Below, piece after piece: positions 50,541 through 61,132 of a DNA stretch of 61,132 nt; position 1 is the stretch's first letter, and every line of letters begins with the position of its first letter. The stretch spans positions 62,001 to 123,132 of the forward strand of contig JAXLNO010000193.1 in NCBI GenBank assembly GCA_038087875.1. The letters run 5' to 3'. The notes beneath the pieces were generated by a model that was not told the origin of the DNA, made no database searches, and worked only from the letters and a program-made list of their open reading frames with translations. Source of the stretch: Malacoraja senta. Its lineage: Eukaryota. The translations under genes were made by a program, and so were the position numbers.

Positions 50541-50614
50541 TCACTGTATTTGTACATATGGCGATAATCTTAAACTCGAGGTTGTATTTGTGTCTCCCTA
50601 CCTGTATGCATGCA

Positions 50615-51410
50615 ATTCTTCCTATCATGTTACAGTTGTACAAATTGTTGCTTAGGCCACTGTTGGGGTATTATGTACAGTCTTCATTGCCATGCTATAG
50701 GAAGGATATGGTTAAGCAAGAGAGGGTGCAGAAAAGATTCACAGGAACATTGCCTGGACTGAAGAGCATGAGTTATAAGATTGAATAGGCTAGGGTTGTT
50801 TATCCTGGAGCAAAGGAGGCTGAAAAAGTGACCATCATAGAGGTTTATAAAATTGTAAGGGGCATAGGTAGCATAGAGAGTCATGGTCTTTTTCCCAGGA
50901 TGAGGAATTCTCTAAAACTAAAGGACATAGGTTTGAGATGATGGGGGTAAGATTTAAAAGGGATCTGAGGGCGCAGGCTTTTTACAGAGAGAGATGGGTA
51001 TATGTGTAATGAGTCGAGTCGTGCACACTTCAAGGTACAACACATATTTATTAAAGTACTCTTACAGCATTCGTCTGCAAGGTGTTATAGTAACTAGCAG
51101 CTACTCAGACTAAATTACGTAAGCAAACTCCTGATAATATAAACCGCATAGTAGGTGGAGCTTCTACTAACAAGCACTACAATTGGTTAGTAAGAAGTAA
51201 CCAATCTACAATATGGAACAAGCAGTCAGAGAAGATGGTAGAAGCAGGTGCAAATGCAGTGATTAAAAGACAATTTGTCAGGTACGTGGATAGGAAAGGT
51301 TGAGGGAAATGTGCCAAATGTAAGTAATTGAGATTAGCGTAGAAAGGCATCTTGGTCGGCATGGGTGAATTAGACGGAAGGGCCTGTATATTTGCTGTTT
51401 TGTTCTGCGA
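50615..51410 (+). mobile_element. CR1 3' fragment interrupted by a solo LTR
   Basis: MLQLYKLLLRPLLGYYVQ..PCYRKDMVKQERVQKRFTGTLPGL. Confidence 0.85.
51005..51210 (-). mobile_element. Solo LTR (206 bp) of an LTR retrotransposon
   Basis: TGTA...TACA termini, exact 5-bp TSD ATATG (51000-51004, 51211-51215), AATAAA on the minus strand at about 51047-51052. The host CR1 is continuous across it. Confidence 0.8.
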
Positions 51411-52454
51411 ATCTAAAAAAAAGCTGCCCTGTTGGCTGATCTCCCAGAAGTTATGCTGTGAAATTAACTGAATTTTCCTGCAACTCACCAAATTAAATGG
51501 AAAAACTCAACATTGCAATTATAATAAAAGCAGTAGTAAACATCCGCCACATGTTTTCTGGGCTGAGGCCGGGTGAGTTTTATTCTGGCACCAGCACCCA
51601 CACAGAAAATGACAAATTCAATTGTAGTTCTGGTCACAAAAAGGGCAAATTTTAAATGTGATCAAATAAAGAATTCAGAATATTTTACAAAACTTTTACA
51701 AAACTTGTTTTTTGGGTAATTACACAATAAACACCCTTAAAATCAATGTAAAATTTTGTAAAATAACTTTGTAAAACAAACAAAATAGAAAAAAATAACT
51801 GATCAGCCATAAATGGCATGCATTTAAATGTACGCATTTTGCTCCTCAAATATTATGTGGGATTATTTATTTTAATATATAGTTTTTCCAGAAACAGCAC
51901 TCCTATGAATTGGTCATATCATTCCATAAAAATAAATTGTAAATTAAAGAATCTGAGAACAACATGATGGTTTATATTGCTCAACTTATCTGATTCCAAT
52001 CCAAGACTATGGTTATTTACACAGATAGGCACGATTATTAAAAATCTTTGGAAGAAAGTTAAGAATATCCGTGCGAGACTGACTGGTTTTGGAGATAACA
52101 GGACTTATCTGTTGCCACTGCGAATTAATAGATCAGAGACTTTCATCTCGTGGCAAGAGCTGAACATTCCACATTTGGTTTTAATTCAAGTGACAGTATC
52201 TTTTGTTTTCTTAAAATGTAGTTTTGGTGGAGAAATTGGATGGCAGTAGAAAACATCTGCTAGGATCATCATCTGCGAGTTGCTCATGCCTAGTTTTACG
52301 CGGTGTAGTAGCCACACAGAATTTGTGCCTCCATCAAATGACTGTAAGATCCAGCTAGCACCAACTCTATAGGTTATTGTGTTAGTGCATATCCATACAG
52401 TGCAACTTTAAGAGTGGCTAACCTCAGCTGAAGCTACCCAGTGCTGATTGAAGT

Positions 52455-52697
52455 GTGTAGGAAAGAACTGCAGATGCTGGTTTGAACCGAAGATAGACAC
52501 AAAAAGCTGGAGTAACTCAGCAGGACAGGCAGCATCTCTGGAGGGAAGGAATAGGTGACGTTTCAGGAAGGGTCTTGACCCGAAACGCCACCCTTTTTCA
52601 GACTGAAGAAGGGACTCGACCCGAAACATCACCCATTCCTTCTCTCTAGAGATGCTGCCGGTCCCACTGAGTTACTCTCGCTTTTTGTGTCTATCTT
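52455..52697. mobile_element. Palindromic Penelope-like terminal element with two tandem hammerhead-like cores
   Basis: Inverted arms around GAAGGGTCTTGACCCGAAACGCC (about 52567) and CTGAAGAAGGGACTCGACCCGAAACATC (52603). 16-bp TSD CAGTGCTGATTGAAGT (52439-52454, 52698-52713). Confidence 0.85.
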
Positions 52698-52974
52698 CAG
52701 TGCTGATTGAAGTTGTGCTTCTCTTGAAAGAGAAGACTTATTGCCTCCAACCATAGGTAGAAGACATCCCAAAGATTTAATTTTACTGTAATTTATATTG
52801 GAGCATGGAAGAACATAAGCATTCTGATTTTTCTGGCTTGTTTTGCTTGTACTTTGGTTGAGCAGCAGAGAAGAAGCCTTGCAAGTACATAGGTCATCTG
52901 TTGCATGAGTTGAAGTTAAGTGAATACCAGGAGAGAAGTACTTAGAACATGAATGCAGCATTGAAAAATGTTCC

Positions 52975-53285
52975 TCAGATGGAAATGTCAAAGACTAGAG
53001 GGCATAGATGAAAGTAAAGGGGGAAAGATTTAATGGTATGGTGCACGTTCTTTTTCATACAGCAGGTGGTGGTTGCATGAAACACAGTGCCAGGGCTGGT
53101 GATGGAGGCAGATATGATAGAAATGATAAGAAGCTTTTAGGTCGGCAAATGGATATACAAAGTATAGAGGGATATGGACCTTGTGTAGGCAGATGAGATT
53201 AGTTTACCTAAGCATCATGTTTGGCACAGCTATTATAAGCCAGCAGGGCTGTTCCTCTGCTGTACTATTATATCTTCAATGTTTT
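52975..53285 (+). mobile_element. Old CR1 3' fragment
   Basis: ACTAGAGGGCATAG..GGGGAAAGATTTAA..GAGGGATATGGACC..CTGTTCCTCTGCTGTAC. Confidence 0.7.
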
Positions 53286-54387
53286 ATGAGATCTTCCTCA
53301 TGGTCAATGTGAGTGAGTACTTCATCTAGTCCATTTCTCAATAATTGTACCAGAAGTCTCACACTCTGCTGCCTGCTACACACCTTCACCACTACCTATT
53401 AACAATATCTATCTGACATTCATATGCCAATCATTGGCTGCTTCACAACTTTCTCACTCCCAGCTATTCAACCAAGGCAAACAGATCACCAGATTATCCA
53501 TATTTCAGATGAGAGCAAGGAGCTAAACTGAGTGGACATTGTTTGCCTCCAAACAATGAACCATTGGTCTGATATGACAGAAATAAAATACAAAAGTTGC
53601 TTGCTTGAATTCACAGCTGCCTTTACTGTGAAGTAATCAGAAACGGGAAATTATCCACTGGTATAACTGCTGCCTCAATTAATAAAACCATTTTAAAAAC
53701 TGCTAAAATTCATTGATATATAATTATGATAAACGATTAATACGGTTCAACGATAAAGATGCAAAAACAAGAGAATAATGTTATATGTTTTAGACCATTC
53801 ATTAAAGAAAGAAAATTAAACAAAGAATATGCAATGTCAAATCAGCAGGATGTCGGGGATAATACAGAATTACACACAACATACAGCAGAGAAAGAGTCC
53901 TAACAAGTCTTTGGCGGTGCTTAATCCTGTCGGAGTCAGGATTATTTTATTTGACCCTCTTCGCATTTTTTTCTATTAACTTATCTCTCATCTCCTTGTC
54001 TGATTTTGACATTTAAACCGGTTATTTCAGAAAGTTTGGGTGGTTAGAAACATATTTTAACTATGCCTGAGTTAAATCAAAATTCTCTTGATTTCCCCAC
54101 TGAATTTATTAGTAATTAGCTAGTATTCATGAGTGTCGACTTTATAATCTACCACAAGAGAAATTCTCTCCACCTGCATCCTGTTCAATTCCATTACTCA
54201 AGGCACCTCCAAAATCTTTACATCACTAAAAGATAAACAATTGATTACAATAATATCTCACTTCCGATACCACTCTTGTGGTAATTTTAAATTGTGGTAA
54301 TTTTAGCACTCTATCTCCTTGCACTTACACATCTTGTTTATATGTTGGAGTCCCAAACAGTGTGCAGTGTTCTGCATGGAGCCCAAA

Positions 54388-54634
54388 AGGGCCTGTTCCA
54401 CTTTCACAACCTAATTCACGACCTCTGCCGAGTTGGCCCTTGACTCATACTCGCAGCATGGTCATCACTAGATCGTAGGAGGTCGTAGGAGGTCTTAGGT
54501 AGGTTGTAGCAGGCCGTGATGCTAGTCGTAGGTACTCGTGGCATCAAGTAGGTCGGAGCGTTTTTCTAGCATGATGAAAAATGTCCATGAGTAAAAAAGG
54601 TCGTGAATTAGGTCGTGAAAGTGGTACAGGCCCT
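54388..54634. mobile_element. Harbinger-type MITE (short variant)
   Basis: TIRs AGGGCCTGTTCCACTTTCACAACCTAATTCACGACC / GGTCGTGAATTAGGTCGTGAAAGTGGTACAGGCCCT. Internal CTCATACTCGCAGCATGGTC shared with 1838 and 4642. Confidence 0.85.
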
Positions 54635-54713
54635 TAACTGCATTCATGTAGTCTGAACACAACTTCAGTACTGTTGAGTATACAGCACAAGAAAGAAGCT
54701 TTGTTTATTAAGA

Positions 54714-54935
54714 GTGCCGTGGTAGTTAGGCCGCGAGGGAGTCGACATGGAAAAAGTCGCCTCTCTGTCGAGGAGGCGACCGAAAGGGGTTCCCCCCTCC
54801 CCCCCTTTCACCACCCCCTACACAAGACACACCAAGAGACACTGAAACAAACATTTGTACACACTAAAAAATAAAAAAAGGCCTAATAACAAACACGCTG
54901 CTGACAGGGAAGCCGTCTCGCAGCGCCCCCACCTG
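54714..54935 (-). mobile_element. 5' part of the GC-rich non-autonomous family seen at 48591 and 49700
   Basis: Same architecture on the plus strand: AAAAAGTCGC..CCCCC..A-rich tract..CAGCGCC. Confidence 0.5.
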
Positions 54936-56039
54936 AAAAGGCACTTTGTTTCTTCCTCAAGCGCAGAACCAGACAATTTCCGTCCACCAATATTCTCCTC
55001 CACCTAGCAGAGCTGGTCCTTACCCTCAACAACTTCTCCTTCGACTCCTCCCACTTTCTCCAGATCCAAGGCATAGCTATGGGCACTCGCATGGGCCTCT
55101 TTGTAGGGTAGGTTGAACAATCCCTGTTCCAGGCATACACTGGGCCTGTCCCTGAACTCTACCTTCGCTACATTGACGACTGCATTAGTGCTACCTCCTG
55201 CACCCATGCAGAACTCACTGACCTCATCAACTTCACCACTAATTTCCATCCTGCACTCAAATTCACGTGGGCCATCTCTGACATCTCCCTATCGTTTCTT
55301 GATCTCACCATCTCCATCACAGGAAACAGTCTATTGACCGACGTCTACTACAAACCCACTGACTCCCATAGCTATCTTGACTACACTTCTTCCCTCCCTT
55401 CTTCTTGTAAAGACTCTACCCCCTACTCCCAATTCCTCCGTCTACGCCGCATCTGTGCCCAGGACAAGGTTTTTCATACCAGGGCATTGGAGATGTCCTC
55501 ATTCTTTAGGGAATGGGGGTTATCCTCTTCCATTATAGATGAGGCTCTCACTAGGGTCTCCTCGATATCCCCCCACACCGCTCTCACTCCCTTTCTCGTA
55601 ACAAGGACAGTCCCCCTTGTCCTCACCTTCCACCCCATCAGCCGTTGTATACAGTATATAATCCTCCAACATTTTCGCCACCTCCAAAGGGATCCCACTA
55701 CTGGCCATATCTTCTGCGCTTGGTCTCACCCATTTCTGCTTTCCGCAGAGACCATTATCTCCGTAACTCCCTGGTCAACTCGTCCCTTCCCACCCAAACC
55801 AACCTCTCCCCAGGTACTTTCCCCTGCAACCGCAGAAGATGCAACACCTGTCTCTTTACCTCCCCCTGGACTCCATCCAAGGACCCAAGGTCTTTCCAGG
55901 TGAGCCAGAGGTTCATTTGTACCTCCTCCAACCTCATCTACTGCATTCGCTGTTCCAGGTGTCAACTTCTCTACATCGGCGAGACCAAGTGCAGGCTCGG
56001 CAATCGTTTCACTGAACACCTCCGCTCAGTCCGTCTTAA

Positions 56040-57618
56040 CATAAGAACAAATATTTCCCCTCCCACCCGTGACCTGGCTGTCTCATTGGTCTGCTCTTCA
56101 AAATTAGATTGTTTCCAACCCGTTACTCTACCCTCCCTTGTAAAACTGATCACCACCATGAAACCTACTACCTGCCCCCTCGACACTGTCCCCTCTGCCC
56201 TCCTAAAGGACGTAATTACAACAGCCGGTCCCAGCATCCTCGCCATCTTCAACAGCTCTCTGGCCACTGGCACTGTACCCACCTGCTTCAAGCATGCGTT
56301 GGTCCAGCAACTCCTGAAGGTACACAATGACCTACTGCTCACCATTGACTCCGGCGACTGTGCAATCCTGCTCCTTCTTGACCTCAGCGCAGCATTTGAT
56401 ACTGTCGACCACACCATCCTAATTGACCGTCTCCGGTATGGGGTTGGTATTGATGGCACTGCCCTGAGCTGGTTCATCTCCTACCTCAAAGATAGGAGTT
56501 TCTCGACTAACATAGGCAACTCTTTCTCCTCCCCAGCTAATCTCTGCTGTGGGGTTCCACAAGGTTCCATCCTTGGCCCCATTCTCTTCTCCCTGTATAT
56601 GCTCCCCTTAGGCCAAGTCATTGAAAGGCACGGCATTTCCTTCCATTGCTATGCAGACGATACACAACTCTATCTCCCCCTGAAGCCCCAAAAACAATCA
56701 AATCTGCTTATCCTTACCCGCTGCCTCGAGGATATAAAGTGTTGGATGGCCCAGAACTTCCTCCAACTAAACGAGAGTAAGTCTGAGGTCATCCTTCTCG
56801 GCCCCTCGGACTCAATCAACATGATAGCAGGCAGCCTTGGAAGCCTTACCCCACTACTCAAACCTCACATCAAAAACCTTGGCGTGATATTTGATTCAGC
56901 ACTGAAATTTGACAGACAAGTCAATGCCGTGGTAAAAGCTAGCTTCTTTCAGCTTCGGACGATAGCTAAAATAAAACAATTCCTCCACTTTGATGACCTC
57001 GAAAAGATCATTCACACATTTATCTCCTCCCGCCTAGATTACTGCAACTCGATTTACACTGGCATTAGCCAATCTCCCTGTCCCGCCTGCAACTGGTCCA
57101 AAATGCCGCAGCGAGACTCCTGACGGGCACCCGAAAAAGGGACCACATCACCCGATCCTGGCCTCTCTCCACTGGCTCCCTGTGCGGTTCCGTATACATT
57201 TCAAGATCCTCTTCTATGTCTACAAAGCCCTAGATGGGCTTGCCCCCACCTACATTAAAAGTCTTCTCACCCACCACTCCACCTCCAGGTCCCTCAGATC
57301 GGCCGACTTGGAGTTGCTGAATATCCCGCGGTCTAGGCATAAGCTCAGGGGCGACCGCGCCTTTGCGGTTGCAGCTCCTAGACTGTGGAACAGCACCCCC
57401 CTTCCCATCAGAACTGCCCCCTCCATCGACTCCTTTAAGTTAAGACTAAAAACTTATCTATACTCCCAAGCCTTTCTTGACATCCTCTGAGCGAGGGCTA
57501 TATGTATATATGTATGTAGTTTGTTTGTTTATATTATTCTTATAACAAATGTAAAGCACTTTGACCAACGAGAGTTGTTTTTTAAATGTGCTATATAAAT
57601 AAATGTGACTTGACTTGA
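56040..57618 (+). mobile_element. 5'-truncated L2 LINE inserted in the Penelope GIY-YIG domain
   Basis: [65 protein letters not shown]. Tail AATAAA..(GACTT)n. CTTAA at both junctions. Confidence 0.93.
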
Positions 57619-57914
57619 CTTAATCAAGCTCATCTCCCAGTGGCCCAGCACTTCAATTCCCCCTCCCATTCCCAATCTGACCTTTCTGTCCTGGGCCTCC
57701 TCCGTTGCCAGAGTGAGGCCCAACGCAAATTGGAGGATCAGCACCTCATATTTCGCTTGGGTAGTTTACACCGCAGTGGTATGAACGTTGACTTCTCTAA
57801 CTTCAGGTAGCCCTTGCTCTCTCTCTCTTCACCCCCCCCCCCTTCCCCGTTCTCCTACAAGTCCCACTGTCTCTGCCTACATTCTTCCTTTGTCCAACCC
57901 CCTCCCCTGACATC

Positions 57915-57950
57915 AGTCTGAAGAAGGATCTCGACCCGAAACGTTGCCAA
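57915..57950 (+). ncRNA. Minimal hammerhead ribozyme motif in the Penelope pseudo-LTR
   Basis: CUGAAGA core, stem II GGAUC/GACCC (one mismatch), GAAA, then palindromic ACGU. This is the minimal type I HHR layout known from Penelope-like elements. Confidence 0.6.
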
Positions 57951-58039
57951 TTCCTTCTCTCCATAGATGCTGCCTCACCCGCTGAGTTTCTCCAGCATTT
58001 TTTGTCTACCTTTGTTTATTATTTAATTGTTACCGACCT

Positions 58040-58230
58040 CCTGAACACTTGGGACAATTCTACTGAAGCCAATGAACCTACAATGCCTTATGTCTTTGGA
58101 GTGTGGAGGAAACTGGAACGCCCAGAGAAAACCACATGGTCATAGGGAGTATGCAGACAGCACCAATAGTCAGGATCAAACTGGTGCTGTAAGACTGCAA
58201 CTCTACCGCTGTGCCACAGTGCCACCCCAA
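58040..58230 (-). mobile_element. Degenerate HE1/V-SINE
   Basis: Reverse of GGGGTGGCACTGTGGCACAGCGGTAGAGTTGC head and V-domain. Confidence 0.75.
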
Positions 58231-58447
58231 CTTTGGTTATTTTGGTTAGATTACTCATCATTTCTCATTTTTCTCTTGACGTGGCCTGTTATACTCATGT
58301 ATAATATAATTTGCCTGGATAGCACACAAAACTGTTTTTTTACTGTATATTAGTACATGTGATAATAATAAATCAATACCAATGTTGATCAAACAAATAA
58401 GATCAGACTATATTACAATGCAAATCCAGATGGAATTGGCTGCAGAT

Positions 58448-58790
58448 GGAACATAAAACAGTATAATACAGAAACAGACACTTTGGCCCACAATGTCTGT
58501 GCTGAACACAATTCCAAGATAAACTGATTTCATCTGCGTGCAAATGATCCACATCCCTCCATTCCCAGCATACCCATGTGCCAAAGAAAATAACCCAAGC
58601 CTGTCCAATCTCTCTTTATTGCTAATACCCTCTAAATACAGGCATTATTCTGGTAAACCTCCTCTGTACCCTTTCCAAAGCCTCCACATCCTTCCTGTAT
58701 TGCTGCCACCCAAACTGCATGCAATAGTCCAAATGCAACCTAACCAAAGGCCTACAAAGCTGCACCATGACTTTCTAATTCTTATATTCA
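58448..58790 (-). mobile_element. Degenerate CR1 3' fragment
   Basis: DRLGLFSL peptide and CR1 3' UTR in reverse orientation. Confidence 0.65.
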
Positions 58791-60814
58791 ATGTGGGATA
58801 AAAACCCACATTTCCCCCATTATAATGATGGTGAAACTTTGAATGTCAAATAACAACTGTCACTTTATCGTGAAATAGGCAACAAGCTTGACCATCATCC
58901 TCAGGCACAATTAAATGTGGAGATCTGGGCATTACTCTTCGCGATTCGCTGCTTTTTCACACGGTGAGGTGTTTAGCACCCTTCTTCAGCATGGCTGTGG
59001 TCTGAAAAAAGCATCAGGTATTCTCCCAGCACAAATAAGCCTCAAAATGTTACATGAGGTATAATTGAGCTTTCCAATACAGTACTAAGCCACGTTTGCT
59101 TCACGGTAACCTCAAAGGCATGTTTAATATTTAAATAGTAAAATTTTAAAATTTTAATGGCAAATATCAGCAGATTTAGGGTGCGTCTGGGAGTGTACTG
59201 TGGGATTTTGTTGGGGAGGGATGACAAAGAGATGTGGGGTTAGAAGAAGATCATGGTGCAGCAGACACCCTGGGGGTATAAGATGAGAGAGGAAGTGGGA
59301 AGACATTTGCATTGCAGAAGAGGTACTGATAATATACTATTATCATGGGATATTTCTAAAGATTGGCCTGTAACACTGAGGCAGGTCATATCTGGAGGGT
59401 TGAGGTCTCCTTCAGCATGAAGGGCTTTGGTGGATATTGAGAACCAAATACTGGGAAGACATGGTCAGGGGAATGATTGGAAGGAATGTGGAGGATTGGA
59501 GGAAGAAAATGAAGCTGGGTGAGGAAACAGGTTTGATGGGACAATAAAGCACACCCATGGGTACCCACCAGGGTGCCGATGAGGATTAGCAAAACAAGGA
59601 ATACTTAAAGGAGGAACCTACATAGAGGAAGCTAGATACCCTGGAGTCCCGCAGCAGCACAGTTGTGGTGGAGCCTTTAATTCCTAAGGAGGCCTGAACT
59701 CTCCAGCTATGACCAGCCTCAGTGTTGCAGGCCCATGCTGCTCCCAGGCCTTGTATCTGAGTTAGAATTGTCATGTGATGCCAACATGTAATTTGCCGTC
59801 AGTTACAATGCATTGACAATGATGTTGCTAAATCATCAGATGGGTTTCTTTGAGGTCAGATATGACAGCAATTGCCTCCCTATTGACTGCAAACTCCAGG
59901 TCAACTGAAACCCAATGTATGGTAACACAGCTGTGGTATCGGAAGTCCCAATGAAATCAACTCTCTAACATTGGTGATCCTTGCTCTCCAGCACAGGGAG
60001 GGAAAAATAATAGTAAATAAAACGTGAGTATAGGGAAATTTAAGAGGCTAACACTTGTTTCTGGATTTCCACCACTCCTCGCAATGCTGTGAACAAGCCC
60101 CAGGTGTACAATTGTGTTGCCTGTATCATTAAAATATAATTTGTCTGGGAAGGAATCGGAAACAAATAAATCACTCATGAAAGAAGAAAGCAAGCAATTT
60201 GTCCAAGGAAGTAGAAAATAGCAGCAGTACAAAAGTCCACTTGGTTCTAATGAAAGAAGGAATCCGTGCCAAGATGCAGGCCTGATATACCCAAACAAAT
60301 TCACTGTATTAACTTTCAATCTTTATGGACGTTGACAGACTGAACAGACCATTCTCCATCATTTAATTTACTTTCTCCAGTTTTGTGATATTTTACCGCA
60401 ATGTTAAAGGGATGTTGATAACGCTGCCCTGGCTGACTGAAACTGAGCAGATGAACTTGGATGGACAGCCAAAGGTTTTATCTGCTGCCACCCGCTCCCT
60501 TCCACAGCCTTCAATTTTAAACTTGTGCTGGAGTGCAGAAAGGTCCTTTATTAAAAGCTTAAATTAGCCACTTGTGACAATATTGGGCCTGACTAAGAAA
60601 AAGAAATAAGTTTCACATTTAAGCAGGACCTCCTACCAGCTCAAGCAAGTACCATTGTAGTATCTGCCATGAACACTTTTTTCCATTCTGCATGGAACTG
60701 GGCTTCACCTGAAATGTTTACAGTTCTCTGAGCTGGGCTTCTTCCCTGCTGGGACCCTTTCTAATCCCTTCTCTGTGGCTTTCCTGAATGCCGAATATCT
60801 ATCCGTAAGCATGA

Positions 60815-61132
60815 TACAGGTAGACAAGTGATCCTAACATCAGTTGTAGGGGAAATAATGGAAACAATTCTGAGTGAGATGATTAATGATCACTCAAAAA
60901 GCAGAAATTGATCTGAGATGGCCAATCTAGCTTTCTTAAGGGCAGATTGAGTGAATTATTTTAAGAGGTAACAAAGTGATTAATGATAGAGCCAAAGATG
61001 TGATTTAAATAGACTTCAGTAAGGCCTTTATTGAAGTGCAACTGGGAGAATGATTCTAAAGGTTATGGACTATGTCATCCAGGGAAAGTTGGCATATTGG
61101 ATCAAAAAAATAGTCTGGTCATAGAAAACAAA
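60815..61132 (+). mobile_element. Degenerate CR1 RT fragment running off the window
   Basis: RQVILTSVVGEIMETIL..DF.KAF.-like remnants. Confidence 0.65.

Larger units (their letters stand above)
54941..58010 (+). mobile_element. Penelope-like element (RT C-half, GIY-YIG endonuclease, 3' pseudo-LTR), disrupted and split by an L2
   Basis: [61 protein letters not shown]. Resumes at about 57620 with PVAQHFNSPSH..LIFRLGSL..GMN. Confidence 0.92.

Noticed and set aside
59130..59900. Possible very old L2-like fragment on the minus strand
   Set aside because: Too degraded to support with motifs by eye.
60689..60783. Possible upstream TRABD2B exon on the minus strand
   Set aside because: Poor acceptor, and the peptide does not resemble the expected GHF.GNNTVID exon. 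That exon was not found and probably lies beyond the window.

Overview
Vertebrate genomic DNA, almost certainly a cartilaginous fish (skate or ray), inferred from HE1/V-SINE copies and the CR1/Rex1/Penelope/L2 repeat mix. The only host gene is on the minus strand: the last two coding exons of the Wnt-inactivating metalloprotease Tiki2 (TRABD2B), at 45708-45983 and 30017-30206. They are separated by a 15.5-kb intron and end in a GPI-type hydrophobic tail. The rest is a dense, nested transposon landscape. It includes a young CR1 with an intact 1036-aa ORF2 and a perfect 79-bp fold-back palindrome at its 5' junction, and an L1 with a twin-priming 5' inversion and 15-bp TSD inside a TIR DNA transposon that carries a Spin/Ssty-Tudor-like coding remnant. 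A Penelope element is split by an L2 so that GIY-YIG and L2 RT form one 492-aa ORF. There are several short hammerhead-ribozyme-bearing Penelope terminal elements (three short Penelope elements have their own 14-16-bp TSDs), Harbinger-type MITEs, a solo LTR and a histone H4 pseudogene. A probable non-autonomous Helitron appears to have captured exon 1 of ALG13. Family and gene assignments come from recalled motifs, not database searches, and boundaries of old repeats are approximate.
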